64,000 nt of DNA from Gammaproteobacteria bacterium (GCA_965243205.1 CBDEUK010000001.1:256001-320000); one strand, 5' to 3'. Positions 50,874 to 61,343 are shown, counted from the stretch's first letter. Translations and numbers: made by a program. Notes: generated from the letters alone by a model not told the origin.

Positions 50874-51614
50874 TTAGGCAAGACTTAACATTCGTGTTGC
50901 CACTTCATCATTTTCTTGTGCTGTCGACATCGCTTTTAGATCCATTTCAAACTGCCTTGCCAGTTCAATCATCTTCACCATGCCTTCGATAATATTCACA
51001 TTACTGGTTTCTAATGATCCTGCAGTTACTCTTACAACAGCATCGGGTATTGCCGTGGTTTCATCTTTTAATCGAAATAAACCATCTTCGCCTTTTACTA
51101 ATTGATCAACAGGAGGATTAACTAAACGTAAACGACCAACTATCGCCAGAGTTCTTTCATCTTGACCAATAGGTCGGACTGAAATTGTTCCATCAACCGC
51201 AATTTCTATTTCTTGTGATGGAGGGATAGCAATGGGGCCAGCATCACCAAGTACTAATTGTCCGGCACCGTTTTCTAAAAGCCCTAAGGTATTAATACGA
51301 AAATCACCTCGACGTGTATAACCTTCACTACCATCAAATGATTGCACAGCAAACCAGCCTTCATCATTGATCGCAACATCCAAATCATTACCCGTATGCG
51401 TTATTGATCCAAAATCAAAATTTGCAGAAGGGCTTTCTTCCATGGCATACACTCTTGAAGGATAAACTTCACCAAATACAGGCATGCTACGAAACTGTGA
51501 TAAGTCTTCCCGAAAACCTGTAGTATTTGCGTTTGCTAAATTATGACTATTAACCGCTTGTGCGATTAACGTATTTTTAGCACCCGACATTGATAGGTAA
51601 AGCATTTTGTCCAT
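50874..51614 (-). CDS. flgF: Rod protein FlgF
   Basis: MDKMLYLSMSGA, NLANANTTGF, YTRRG. Confidence 0.95.
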   Translation of the reverse strand: MDKMLYLSMSGAKNTLIAQAVNSHNLANANTTGFREDLSQFRSMPVFGEVYPSRVYAMEESPSANFDFGSITHTGNDLDVAINDEGWFAVQSFDGSEGYTRRGDFRINTLGLLENGAGQLVLGDAGPIAIPPSQEIEIAVDGTISVRPIGQDERTLAIVGRLRLVNPPVDQLVKGEDGLFRLKDETTAIPDAVVRVTAGSLETSNVNIIEGMVKMIELARQFEMDLKAMSTAQENDEVATRMLSLA

Positions 51615-51635
51615 TGTACTAACTACCTTCTATTA

Positions 51636-52844
51636 TTATCGTAAATTGATAATTGATTGAGTGACGGAATCAGCGGTTTGAATAACTTCTGCGTTCGCTT
51701 GAAAACTTCGTTGCGCAATAATCATATTGACTAATTCTTCTGATAACTCAACATTCGAATCTTCCAATGCACCTGCTTGAATTAAACCTAAACTTGATGT
51801 TCCAGGTGCACCAACAATGACAGCACCTGATGTAAATGTTTCACCCCATGAAGTATCGCTAACAGGTTGCAAACCTGAAGGGTTAGGAAAATTTGCTAAC
51901 GCAATTTGACCTTCGACACGAGACTGTCCGTTAGTGAATCGAGTAAAAATAATACCATCAGAATCAATCTCCATATTGCTCAAACGACCGGTAGTATATC
52001 CATCTTGTGATAAGGCATTCACTGAAAAAGCTGTACCAAATTGATTGGTATTACTATAGTCGAACGCTAATGTTTGAGCAGCACCACCACCTGAAGGTGT
52101 AAATGCAGGTGATGTGATTGTTGTTGGTGCTTGAATAACACCTGATGTATTAAACGTTAAAGTATCTGGGCCATCAATTTGAGTTCCATCAACAAAACTA
52201 TATGTTTGCCATTGATTAGCAACACCAGTCTTCACATAGTACATAGATACAATATGTGAATTACCTAATGAATCATAAATCGTTGTTGATGTTGTTTGAT
52301 TGTAGCTTAATGGGTTGGTCGCATCGAACACACCTACCGTTGGTTGTGCTTCGGATGAATCTAGATTCAAACTTACTGACAAATTTGCAGTTGCTTGTGG
52401 TGGTATATTTGCGTTACTGATTTGTAACGGTGCCGCAGCTCCAGAGATATTACCACTGGCATCTGCGCTAAATGCCATCAATTGTTGATTTTGGCTGTTT
52501 GCAATAAACCCATTTCGATCCAAACCAAAAGCACCATTACGGGTATAGACTTGGTTGCCTCCATCATCAACAATAAAAAAACCACCGCCACTAACCGCAA
52601 GGTCCAAATTGTTATCCGTAAATGAAATGTTACCTTGAGTAAACTGTTGAGCAACATCGGTTAATCGGACACCACTACCTGGAGTAGTACTACTTGCACC
52701 TAAATCGGTTACTGCAAACACATCAGCAAATTCTGCACGGGATCGTTTAAATCCAGTCGTGTTTGAGTTTGCAATATTATTAGACACAACATCTAAATCA
52801 CCAGATGCTGCTTTTAAACCACTAATTGCTACTCGAAATGTCAT
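51636..52844 (-). CDS. flgE: Hook protein FlgE
   Basis: SNNIANSNTTGFKRSRAEFAD, YDSLG, AQRSFQANA. Confidence 0.96.
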   Translation of the reverse strand: MTFRVAISGLKAASGDLDVVSNNIANSNTTGFKRSRAEFADVFAVTDLGASSTTPGSGVRLTDVAQQFTQGNISFTDNNLDLAVSGGGFFIVDDGGNQVYTRNGAFGLDRNGFIANSQNQQLMAFSADASGNISGAAAPLQISNANIPPQATANLSVSLNLDSSEAQPTVGVFDATNPLSYNQTTSTTIYDSLGNSHIVSMYYVKTGVANQWQTYSFVDGTQIDGPDTLTFNTSGVIQAPTTITSPAFTPSGGGAAQTLAFDYSNTNQFGTAFSVNALSQDGYTTGRLSNMEIDSDGIIFTRFTNGQSRVEGQIALANFPNPSGLQPVSDTSWGETFTSGAVIVGAPGTSSLGLIQAGALEDSNVELSEELVNMIIAQRSFQANAEVIQTADSVTQSIINLR

Positions 52845-52869
52845 AATGAATTCTCCAAATAATAATTAA

Positions 52870-53544
52870 CTACATAACTTCACTGACTTGATTAATCGAA
52901 ATCAGTCCAGCCGAACCTAAATTCAGTAATGGTTCCGAACCACCACTAGGAAGCGTTACGCTTTCCACTTTTGCATTGATTAATGTGTTTAATGAATAAG
53001 AATTACCTGCTCCTTGAGCAACCGCTTCAATCGTATATTTACCACTTGGTAAATCATTGCCGTCGGCATCTTTTCCATCCCAAGAAAAATTAACAACACC
53101 AGGTGCTTGTATTCCTAGATTTAATTGTTGTACTTGTTGACCCGTAGCATCAAAAATAGCAACCTGTAAGTTATCAACTGATGCATCGACATTGACAGCC
53201 GCTTGCATTGCCTCACCTTGCTCAAGTTGAGCAGTATTTCCTTGAATTAATACACTGCGTCCTACCAATGTTGATGCTTGTAATGCTTGGTTAGATTGCA
53301 ATTGATCCGTCAAAGCATTAAACGATTGTTGTAATTCGGTAATACCATTCACGGTTCCGAATTGCGCTAGCTGCGATAAGAAATCACCGCTTTCCATTGG
53401 GTTTGTAGGATCTTGATTTTGCATTTGGGTTAGCATCAAATCTAAAAATTCAGTCTGTCCAAGCTCTTTCTTTGATTCACGTTTGGTTTCTGTTAAAGCC
53501 AAATGTTGTAATTCTGTTGGCAAGCCTTTAATTGAATCTGTCAT
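52870..53544 (-). CDS. flgD: Hook cap protein FlgD
   Basis: FLDLMLTQMQNQDPTNP, QLAQF, WDG. Confidence 0.96.
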   Translation of the reverse strand: MTDSIKGLPTELQHLALTETKRESKKELGQTEFLDLMLTQMQNQDPTNPMESGDFLSQLAQFGTVNGITELQQSFNALTDQLQSNQALQASTLVGRSVLIQGNTAQLEQGEAMQAAVNVDASVDNLQVAIFDATGQQVQQLNLGIQAPGVVNFSWDGKDADGNDLPSGKYTIEAVAQGAGNSYSLNTLINAKVESVTLPSGGSEPLLNLGSAGLISINQVSEVM

Positions 53545-53583
53545 AATCGTAATTCCAATTCTTAATAGTTAAATGGGTCTTAT

Positions 53584-54000
53584 CTACTGCCCAAGGGTTA
53601 AAGTTCTTAACAACATTTCTTTTGAAGTATTAATCAGCTCAACATTATTTTGATACGATCTTGAAGCTGAAATCATATCTGCCATTTCTTCCATCACATT
53701 TACATTAGGCATAAAAATATAACCTTCTTCATTTGCTTGAGGATGATCAGGCTGATATAACTCTTGTAAAGGTGCGTCACTTTCAACAATGCCGGCAACT
53801 CTGACACCTGCACTGATGGCATCACCTTTCATAAAATCTTGATAGTAAGTTTTGAAAACTGGATGACGTGCTTTATAGGTTTCATTAATACTACTGGAAA
53901 CACTTTCTGCGTTAGCCATATTACTAGCCGTTGTATTCAAACGAATCGATTGCGAGCTCATCGCGGAACCAGCAACATTGAATATATTAAATAAAGCCAT
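53584..54000 (-). CDS. flgC: Rod protein FlgC
   Basis: RLNTTASNMANA, YQPDHPQA, PNVN. Confidence 0.97.
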   Translation of the reverse strand: MALFNIFNVAGSAMSSQSIRLNTTASNMANAESVSSSINETYKARHPVFKTYYQDFMKGDAISAGVRVAGIVESDAPLQELYQPDHPQANEEGYIFMPNVNVMEEMADMISASRSYQNNVELINTSKEMLLRTLTLGQ

Positions 54001-54002
54001 AT

Positions 54003-54401
54003 TTATTCGCCTCTGATCGCTGTTAACAACCCTGAAATGCGTCCGTTTAGAAAACGCAGGCTAGCTTGGTACATTATTGAATTTTGCATGAATTCCGAAC
54101 GCTCTAGATCTTCATCCACCGTATTCCCATCTAATGAAGGTTGACTAGGCGTGCGATATTGCAACTGCGCATTGTTTAATTGTCCTTTCCCAGCAAACAT
54201 ATGTTGCTGATGAGTGGATGCCATTGTTGCTAAAGCGGTTTTAGATTGGGAAAGCGCGGTATGGAAATCAAAGTCTCTAGCTTTATAATTTGGGGTATCC
54301 GCATTCGCCATATTAGAGGCCAATAACTCGGCCCGTTGCGAACGGAGAATTAATGACTGGGCGTGGATTCCAAAAGCTTTATCAAGATTCATGCATATCA
54401 C
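54003..54401 (-). CDS. flgB: Rod protein FlgB
   Basis: NMANADTPNYKARD, DGNTVD. Confidence 0.97.
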   Translation of the reverse strand: MICMNLDKAFGIHAQSLILRSQRAELLASNMANADTPNYKARDFDFHTALSQSKTALATMASTHQQHMFAGKGQLNNAQLQYRTPSQPSLDGNTVDEDLERSEFMQNSIMYQASLRFLNGRISGLLTAIRGE

Positions 54402-54426
54402 CTGTTAGTTTCAATGCATGGGTATT

Positions 54427-54484
54427 TGCATGGCTTATGCCAATGCGCAATTTAATTATTTTTTATATAAAAATCAAATGCTTA
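54427..54484 (-). promoter_or_regulatory. sigma54 promoter of flgB operon with IHF site
   Basis: Minus strand TGGCATAAGCCATGCA (54427-54442); AATCAAATGCTTA (54472-54484). Confidence 0.75.
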
Positions 54485-54567
54485 TATATTTAGAGAAGTG
54501 GCAATCAGGCGGCAATTTTAGTCCTTGCGGCAAACTCAGTAATACGAACAATTTATAGAAAATTAAG

Positions 54568-55425
54568 TTACTTCCTACGGTAATAAACCATATTATTTGC
54601 TGAAACCATTTCGAAATCATCGCAGTAATTTACAATAGGTTCTGAGGCACCTAAAAACAAGCATCCATTAGGGCGAATACTTTTTGCCATTTTATTAAGG
54701 ATTAAAGATTTATTTTCATTCGAAAAATAAATCAATACATTACGACAAAATATCACATCAAATTGTCCAAGTAGGCTGTAACTATTTAATAAATTAAACT
54801 CTTGAAAACGTACTCTCTGTTTAATCTTATCGTTAACCCGCATACCTTCTTCAGTTTGAGTGAAAAACTTTTGTTTCCTTTCATTGCTTAGGCCACGTGA
54901 TAAACCTAAATCATCATAGTGACCTTCACGAGCATCAGTTAATGCTCGACGGGAAATATCGGTTCCTACAATTTCAATGCCTTTGGAGAATTGTCCAGGA
55001 TTCTTATCAATATATTCTTGAAATGTAATACTAATTGAATAAGGTTCATGGCCATAAGAACAAGCCGCCGACCAAATTTTAGGTGTATGTAATTTTGTAT
55101 TCAATTCTGAAAATATTTCAGTCTTAAGAATTTCAAATGGATAATTATCACGAAACCAAGAAGTTTCATTCGTTGTCATCGCATCAACTACTTCAACTTT
55201 TAAGTCTCGATGCTGACCTGATTTTATTCCATTCACTAACTCTAATAATGAATTAAAACCATAGTGCTCTTTAATTGTCCTTAATCGGCTATTGACTAAA
55301 TAGCTTTTATTATCACCTAAAGTGATGCCACAAGATTCTTCTAAGTATTTACAAAATATTTCGTAATCTTTTTCTTCTTGGTTACTGTTTGATAAAGAAG
55401 ATGTTTCATACGCTAACCCGGTCAT
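54568..55425 (-). CDS. cheR: Chemotaxis methyltransferase CheR
   Basis: MTTNETSWFRD, WSAACSYGHEPYS, FCRNVLIYF. Confidence 0.96.
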   Translation of the reverse strand: MTGLAYETSSLSNSNQEEKDYEIFCKYLEESCGITLGDNKSYLVNSRLRTIKEHYGFNSLLELVNGIKSGQHRDLKVEVVDAMTTNETSWFRDNYPFEILKTEIFSELNTKLHTPKIWSAACSYGHEPYSISITFQEYIDKNPGQFSKGIEIVGTDISRRALTDAREGHYDDLGLSRGLSNERKQKFFTQTEEGMRVNDKIKQRVRFQEFNLLNSYSLLGQFDVIFCRNVLIYFSNENKSLILNKMAKSIRPNGCLFLGASEPIVNYCDDFEMVSANNMVYYRRK

Positions 55426-55435
55426 AAATTAATTC

Positions 55436-56389
55436 CTAAGCTGCAATTTGTTTTTGATTTGGTTTTCCAAGATGTTCTAATACTCGTTTCGCTAGCTCAT
55501 CTGAGTTATATTTTGCCAAGAAATCATTTGCACCTACTTTTTTCACCATGTTTTGATTAAATGCTCCACTTAATGATGAATGTAATATGACATGTAAATC
55601 TTTCATATCAGTATGCGATTTAATATTCTTTGTTAAGGTATAACCATCCATCTCTGGCATTTCTACATCAGATAAGACTAATGAACATTTTTCGCTTATA
55701 GACATCGACGGATCTGCTTGCCACTCTTGTAATAATTCCCAAGCCTCTTTGCCATTATTCGCAGCGGTATAACTGATGTTCATTTGTTCCAATACTTTTA
55801 TAATTTGTTTTCTCGCCATGGCAGAGTCATCAACCACTAGTACATGCCTACCTTTAAATTCATCTTCTGTTCTTGATTTAGTAATTTCTTCCGAAATTTC
55901 TGAATCAAAACCCATGATATCTGCCATTACTTTTTCAACATCAATAATTTCAACAAGTTCATTATCAACATTCGTTATAGCCGTTAAAAAGTTTTGATTT
56001 CCAATGCCACTAGGAGGTGCTTTTATCTCTTCCCAATTCAAATTCACAATTCGGTCAACACTATGCACTAGGAAACCTTGAATATGACGATTGTATTCTG
56101 AAACGATTACCGATGAGTTTTCTAAATCGGTAATACCTTCTTTTCCAATTGCCATTGCTAAATCCATAATCGTAATAGTTTGCCCACGCATATTAGACAT
56201 ACCACGTATCACTGGATGCGAAAGCGGTGCGCGCGTCAATGGAGGACATTGGATCACTTCACGTACTTTAAACACGTTAATACCGAAACGTTGATTTGTA
56301 CCCAATCTAAACAAAAGCAATTCTAATCGGTTTCTTCCTACCAGTTGGGTTCTGGCATCGACACCATCCATTACACTTGCGGAACTCAT
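55436..56389 (-). CDS. cheV: Chemotaxis coupling protein CheV
   Basis: CheW domain (FGINVFKVREV) + REC (DVEMPEMDGY). Confidence 0.96.
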   Translation of the reverse strand: MSSASVMDGVDARTQLVGRNRLELLLFRLGTNQRFGINVFKVREVIQCPPLTRAPLSHPVIRGMSNMRGQTITIMDLAMAIGKEGITDLENSSVIVSEYNRHIQGFLVHSVDRIVNLNWEEIKAPPSGIGNQNFLTAITNVDNELVEIIDVEKVMADIMGFDSEISEEITKSRTEDEFKGRHVLVVDDSAMARKQIIKVLEQMNISYTAANNGKEAWELLQEWQADPSMSISEKCSLVLSDVEMPEMDGYTLTKNIKSHTDMKDLHVILHSSLSGAFNQNMVKKVGANDFLAKYNSDELAKRVLEHLGKPNQKQIAA

Positions 56390-56421
56390 TTTTATCTCCT
56401 AGAGATTTATTCTTAAGTTTT

Positions 56422-56448
56422 TTATCGACCTAAAATGACTTTTCTTGA
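56422..56448 (-). promoter_or_regulatory. sigma28 promoter of cheVR
   Basis: Minus strand TCAA-N15-GTCGATAA. Confidence 0.7.
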
Positions 56449-56459
56449 GAACAATTCAT

Positions 56460-56475
56460 GGGCATATCAATTGCA
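56460..56475 (+). promoter_or_regulatory. sigma54 promoter of flgA
   Basis: GGGCATATCAATTGCA (GG-N10-GC). Confidence 0.7.
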
Positions 56476-56527
56476 TAGTTCACATTACTATGAATAACGT
56501 ATGTCTATAGATTATTAAATAAGAAAA

Positions 56528-57310
56528 ATGAATAAATTACTTAAAAATCATATATTTATAGATTTTTTGACTTGTTTACTAATGGTAAAAAAACAGTCTT
56601 TAGGCTATATCACGAAAGTTATTTATTGTTTAATGGCTGCTTTCTGTCTGATGTTATCTAATTCAGCATATTCAACTGTCAAATATCAATCAGTCGAATC
56701 TATTATAGAAACTGCACGAGATTTTACTCTGGCAAATTTATCGAAAGCAGATCAGAATCAATCTGTCATCACCAGTAATATTGATAAACGTTTACGACTT
56801 AAAGCGTGCACAAACGAACTTGAAGCTTTTTTCCCTGAATATGGCAGACGAGTGGGTAATATTACTGTAGGGGTGCGTTGTAATGGAAAAGAAACATGGT
56901 CATTATTCGTGCCTGTTTCGGTCAAAGTCTTTCGAAATGTGGTTGTAGTAAATAAACCTCTAGCCAGAGGAACCATCATTTCTGAAACAGACCTAAGCAT
57001 TGAACAGCGTAATATTAGCGCTTTTTCGAGCGATTTTTTTTCTGACTATGATTCATTGATTGGCATGGAATTAAATCGACCGATTCAAATTGGTCAGGCG
57101 ATTAGTAGTGTATATGTGAAAAAACCCATTGCGATACGTCGAGGGAATTTAGTCACATTGGTTGCAAAAAATGCAATCGTTGAGGTTAGAATGGAAGGAA
57201 AAGCGATGGCCGATGGTATGTTAGGACACAGAGTCAAGGTAAAAAACATGCGTTCTAAGCGTATCATTGAAGGAATTGTGAAATCGAGCACTGTTGTCGA
57301 AGTCTATTAG
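56528..57310 (+). CDS. flgA: P-ring assembly chaperone FlgA
   Basis: DKRLRLKAC, VGVRC...WSLFVPV, SAF domain, VKVKNMRSKRII; start uncertain. Confidence 0.92.
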   Translation: MNKLLKNHIFIDFLTCLLMVKKQSLGYITKVIYCLMAAFCLMLSNSAYSTVKYQSVESIIETARDFTLANLSKADQNQSVITSNIDKRLRLKACTNELEAFFPEYGRRVGNITVGVRCNGKETWSLFVPVSVKVFRNVVVVNKPLARGTIISETDLSIEQRNISAFSSDFFSDYDSLIGMELNRPIQIGQAISSVYVKKPIAIRRGNLVTLVAKNAIVEVRMEGKAMADGMLGHRVKVKNMRSKRIIEGIVKSSTVVEVY

Positions 57311-57320
57311 CAATAAGACT

Positions 57321-57347
57321 TAAAGTTTTTCAGAATATGCTCGATAT
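57321..57347 (+). promoter_or_regulatory. sigma28 promoter of flgMN
   Basis: TAAA-N15-CTCGATAT. Confidence 0.7.
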
Positions 57348-57390
57348 AGTAGTCTAGATATAAATCAATTTTTTTAGGAGACCAAACTAG

Positions 57391-57723
57391 ATGGTTAACG
57401 AAATTAAAGGTTCAATGATTGATAGTGTTGTACAGAACCTAGCAAATAGTAAAAAAGCTGAACAATCTCAATTAAGTTCTTCAGCTTCTGCTTCATCGGA
57501 TAGTTCCAGTAATGGTGCTAGTGAAGTCACGCTTACAAATACAGCTGAAAAGCTGCAAGCACTAGAAGCACAGATTCAACAACAACCTGTTGTAGATTCT
57601 CAACGCGTCCAAGCAGTTAAACAATCTATTTTTGATGGCACGTTCAATATGGATAATCAACGTACAGCAGAAAAACTTTTGGATTTCGAAAATTTATTAG
57701 GTAACGAACCAAATAAAGAGTAA
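57391..57723 (+). CDS. flgM: Anti-sigma28 factor FlgM
   Basis: VTLT, VDSQRVQAVKQSIFDGTF...AEKLL. Confidence 0.92.
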   Translation: MVNEIKGSMIDSVVQNLANSKKAEQSQLSSSASASSDSSSNGASEVTLTNTAEKLQALEAQIQQQPVVDSQRVQAVKQSIFDGTFNMDNQRTAEKLLDFENLLGNEPNKE

Positions 57724-57731
57724 TTTAATTA

Positions 57732-58172
57732 GTGTCTATAAATTCTAACATCGAAGAGCTAGCTCAAGTTTACACTGATGAGTTATTGCTCGCGGAAGAT
57801 TTACAAAAATTGTTGGTCGCTGAAGAAGCGGCCTTACGCAGTCGTGATTCAGAATTTATTCAAAATTGTACTGAAAAGAAAAATATTCTATTAGAACGTT
57901 TTGAATCCTTCGAAGTAAAACGTAAGGAAATACAAGATTCAGTCTCTGATACAAAAAATCAAGTAATTTCCGATAAGCATTCTAAACTTCAAAAAATGTT
58001 AGAGAATATTCAACATCAAAACACTGTAAATGCTGGCATCATTAAAGTTTCCCAAGAATTTACCCAGCAAATTCTTAATATCATGCGTGGTGTGACTCAA
58101 CATCAAACGACTTATGATCAGTCTGGAAACACTTCAAATAATAATAGCAACCAATATTTAGCTAAAGTTTAA
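57732..58172 (+). CDS. flgN: Export chaperone FlgN
   Basis: LVAEEAAL, NTVNAGII, TYDQSG; follows flgM. Confidence 0.88.
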   Translation: MSINSNIEELAQVYTDELLLAEDLQKLLVAEEAALRSRDSEFIQNCTEKKNILLERFESFEVKRKEIQDSVSDTKNQVISDKHSKLQKMLENIQHQNTVNAGIIKVSQEFTQQILNIMRGVTQHQTTYDQSGNTSNNNSNQYLAKV

Positions 58173-58222
58173 GCCCTGCCATTCCGATTACTGTTTTAAG
58201 TACAGTAATCAATTTTAAGAAA

Positions 58223-59020
58223 ATGGCGTTTCCTTTAATTAAACAACTTCTCGAGAACAATGGTGTTGCTAAAAAGAAAGTAGCCACACCTAATCTTAGA
58301 ATAATTAATGATAAACCAGTTGATTCTTTGGTCATGGACCAAGAAGAAATTGAAAATATTTTGTATAAAATGCAAAAGAATCATGCCTTATTAACGGTTG
58401 AGATGAATGATGGAAAAATCCTTTCAAGTAGCATGATTCTGGAAATTAATATCAGAGAACAATATTTAGTTATTGATGAATTCTTTCCTAAACGGCTCAA
58501 TAAACAAATTGATATCAATGATAATATTGAAATAAGTTGTAATCATACTGGCTCATCATTAAGGTTTATGTCACAAATTTTGGCAATTGCTGAAAAGGAT
58601 AATGCTCCTTATTATAAGATTCCTTTTCCAGATATTGTTGAATATTCTCAACGACGACAAAGTCATCGTGTACCAATTAGTATGGCAACACCATCCAAAA
58701 TAACATTTACGACGGAAAATAATTCTGTTATTCATGGGATCCTAAAAGATATATCGTATGGTGGCTTCTGTGCTAGATTAACCCCACCAATCTCAGAACG
58801 ATTTAAACCAGGGTCTCATATTCCAAAATGTATTTTACAATTACCAAGTGCAGGTGTGATTGTATGTACCTCTGAAGTTCGAAGAATGTTTGTTAGTAAC
58901 GGTTCTGGAATACCCATGATGGGATGTCAATTTGGGGATATGAATGGGCCCGATAGAAAATCATTACAACAAACCATTGTAAAGCTAGAACGAGAATTAA
59001 TGAAACAAATAAAACGTTAG
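58223..59020 (+). CDS. c-di-GMP-binding flagellar brake (YcgR/FlgZ family, PilZ domain)
   Basis: QRRQSHR (RxxxR) and DISYGG (DxSxGG); follows flgN. Confidence 0.88.
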   Translation: MAFPLIKQLLENNGVAKKKVATPNLRIINDKPVDSLVMDQEEIENILYKMQKNHALLTVEMNDGKILSSSMILEINIREQYLVIDEFFPKRLNKQIDINDNIEISCNHTGSSLRFMSQILAIAEKDNAPYYKIPFPDIVEYSQRRQSHRVPISMATPSKITFTTENNSVIHGILKDISYGGFCARLTPPISERFKPGSHIPKCILQLPSAGVIVCTSEVRRMFVSNGSGIPMMGCQFGDMNGPDRKSLQQTIVKLERELMKQIKR

Positions 59021-59023
59021 TGT

Positions 59024-59662
59024 TTAATCCAAATACTGATTAATCCACTCAATATGATCTAATTTTTTTAAATCGTCATATTCGTCAATATCAATTAATT
59101 TTTCAGTTTTATAACACGACAAATTATCTTTTTTAATACGTTCAACAGTCTTATTAAATACCGTTGAGGTTCCCCATTCAATACTATTAAACAAATTAAG
59201 GTTTGCTTTTTTGAGCCCAATTAAATAATAACCACCATCATTTGACGGGCCTATCACAACATCATTGTTCTCTAGTGCAGCCACTGCATTAGTTAATACT
59301 GAGACACTAATTTCAGCACAATCACAGCCTACTAAAATAACCATTTTATACTTTGCAAGCATCTCTATAAATGCATTATGCATTCGCTCCCCTAAATCAT
59401 CACCTTTTTGTAATTGAAAGGAAATTGAAAGATTATTTTTATAGGTATTGAAAAATCGATGATTAATTGAAGGAGTTGTAAATATATATGTATCTATGTT
59501 TTTTAATTTAGTTACTGTATTAAGAGTATGTTGCAGTAATTCACAATATAAATTATAAGCATTTCTTCTACCCAGTTCTGGAATCAGTCTTGTTTTAACT
59601 TTCCCTAATTCTGGATTCTTAGTGAAAATAACAATTGCTATATCATTTTTCATACAAGGCAT
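59024..59662 (-). CDS. TIGR04282/DUF2064 family putative glycosyltransferase
   Basis: FTKNPELGKVKTRL, QKGDDLGERM, GPSNDGGYYLIG, DIDEYDDL. Confidence 0.88.
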   Translation of the reverse strand: MPCMKNDIAIVIFTKNPELGKVKTRLIPELGRRNAYNLYCELLQHTLNTVTKLKNIDTYIFTTPSINHRFFNTYKNNLSISFQLQKGDDLGERMHNAFIEMLAKYKMVILVGCDCAEISVSVLTNAVAALENNDVVIGPSNDGGYYLIGLKKANLNLFNSIEWGTSTVFNKTVERIKKDNLSCYKTEKLIDIDEYDDLKKLDHIEWINQYLD

Positions 59663-60341
59663 TTAATTTCTTTGGCGAAACGTTAAAGAAATACGCTAAC
59701 CTTAAATACCACATTAACAATATTGTTTTTAACACTCCATTTTTTTCCCAACGTCGAGCAGAGGTTACAACGGTTTCTTTTAAACAAATTGGTTTATGAT
59801 ATTTTCTTAATTTTTTTGAAATGGCAATATCTTCCATTAGAGCTACTTCTGGATATCCTTTAATCGATGAAAATAATTTTTTAGTAATAAAAATACATTG
59901 ATCGCCAGTTGCAATCGAAGTAATGCGCGAACGTAGATTCATAAAAAAGGCAATGACTTTGTAGATAAATTTAGAGTTTGATAGTTTGACATCAAATCGA
60001 CCCCAAATCTTTTTATTAAGTTCTAAATTTAACAGTTCTGTAAAACAACTATCTGAGACGATTGTATCGACATGCAAAAATAATAATAAATTGCCAGAGG
60101 CTTGTTTAGCGCCTAAATTCATTTGGATAGCACGACCTGGTTCACTCAATAAAAATTGATCAACTAACGGTTGCGAAATTTCTGCAGTTTTATCAGAACT
60201 ACCACCATCAACAACAACAATTTCATGGCCTTGTTGACGATATACTTGCAGTCGATTAAGCGATGTTTCTATCGTTTCTGCTTCATTTAATGCAGGAATG
60301 ATAATCGAAATTTTATTAACTATTGTAATGCGCCTCCACAA
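59643..60341 (-). CDS. TIGR04283 family GT2 glycosyltransferase
   Basis: SIIIPALNE, VDGGS, GRAIQMNLGA, GDQ, MED, TSARRW. Confidence 0.9.
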   Translation of the reverse strand: MWRRITIVNKISIIIPALNEAETIETSLNRLQVYRQQGHEIVVVDGGSSDKTAEISQPLVDQFLLSEPGRAIQMNLGAKQASGNLLLFLHVDTIVSDSCFTELLNLELNKKIWGRFDVKLSNSKFIYKVIAFFMNLRSRITSIATGDQCIFITKKLFSSIKGYPEVALMEDIAISKKLRKYHKPICLKETVVTSARRWEKNGVLKTILLMWYLRLAYFFNVSPKKLNALYEK

Positions 60342-61258
60342 CTACTTCCTTGACCTGCTGTACAAGCATAACAATGGTCGGCTATAAGAATTTCAGAATC
60401 GTATAAATCATGATCATTTAAATCCGAAATATGTAATGGAGCATTTTTAGTAATTTTAAAATCCAGCATTTGATTGAAATCACAATCATATACATATCCT
60501 TGCCAATCTATGCTGATTAGTGAACGACACATAACATTATCTAAATTATTACTAACATAGTTATCTTTTAATAACTGTATATAATTTTCTAAATTTCCTT
60601 CATGTTGTAATTGTTTAGCAAAACGATTAATCGGCATATTGCAGAGAACATAGAGTTGATCAAAAACGATAGCATAATCCTCTCTTAATCTTTTTTTATA
60701 ATCGAGTTCTAACTGTTTCTGTTCTGGTGGCAATACAGCTTGCTGGGGATTGTAAACCAAACTCAATTTCTTATTAGTATCTTCTTTTCCATATCCTAAT
60801 TTGTTTAGTTTCTGAAGCGCGAGAATACTTTTATCAAAAACACCCTTGCCTCTTTGTTGATCTACATTCTTTTCACTATAACAGGGTAATGAAGCAACTA
60901 TCTCCACATCATTTTTAGCTAAAAACTCGGCTAATGCTTCTTGTCCTGGCTCAAGTAAAATAGTTAGATTACAACGATCGATTATATGTACATTTAAATC
61001 TTTTACAGCCTTTACTAAATATTGAAATTTAGGATGTAATTCAGGTGCTCCACCAGTAATATCGATAGTTTCAATCTTATGATCTTTTATATATTGAATA
61101 ATATGCTCAATAACTTCGTCACTCATCATCTCGATACGTTTAGGTCCTGCATCTACATGACAATGCACACAAGCTTGATTACATTTTAATGTAATATTCA
61201 CTTGTAAAGTCTTTAAGTGTTTTCGACGGATATTTGGGAAATCAGTTTGTATTTGCAT
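60320..61258 (-). CDS. arsS: ArsS-family radical SAM protein (arsenosugar biosynthesis type)
   Basis: TLQVN..CNQACVHCHVDAGP, DITGGAPEL, YDCDFNQML, HCYACTAGQGSSCGGAL; ATG 61258 preferred. Confidence 0.85.
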   Translation of the reverse strand: MQIQTDFPNIRRKHLKTLQVNITLKCNQACVHCHVDAGPKRIEMMSDEVIEHIIQYIKDHKIETIDITGGAPELHPKFQYLVKAVKDLNVHIIDRCNLTILLEPGQEALAEFLAKNDVEIVASLPCYSEKNVDQQRGKGVFDKSILALQKLNKLGYGKEDTNKKLSLVYNPQQAVLPPEQKQLELDYKKRLREDYAIVFDQLYVLCNMPINRFAKQLQHEGNLENYIQLLKDNYVSNNLDNVMCRSLISIDWQGYVYDCDFNQMLDFKITKNAPLHISDLNDHDLYDSEILIADHCYACTAGQGSSCGGALQ

Positions 61259-61343
61259 AATTATGATATGACCTAAATAATAAAAATAATTCACTATTTA
61301 TCGAAAAAGAATTTATTGAGTATAATTATTATGGAAATCATAC

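Noticed and set aside
58163-58210. sigma28 promoter and hairpin before the PilZ gene
   Set aside because: TAAAGTTT...TCCGATTA has 16-nt spacing and overlaps a 9-bp hairpin that may be the flgN terminator; plausible but unresolved
60320-60345. Selenocysteine recoding at the ArsS C-terminus
   Set aside because: The motif codon is TGT (Cys), not TGA
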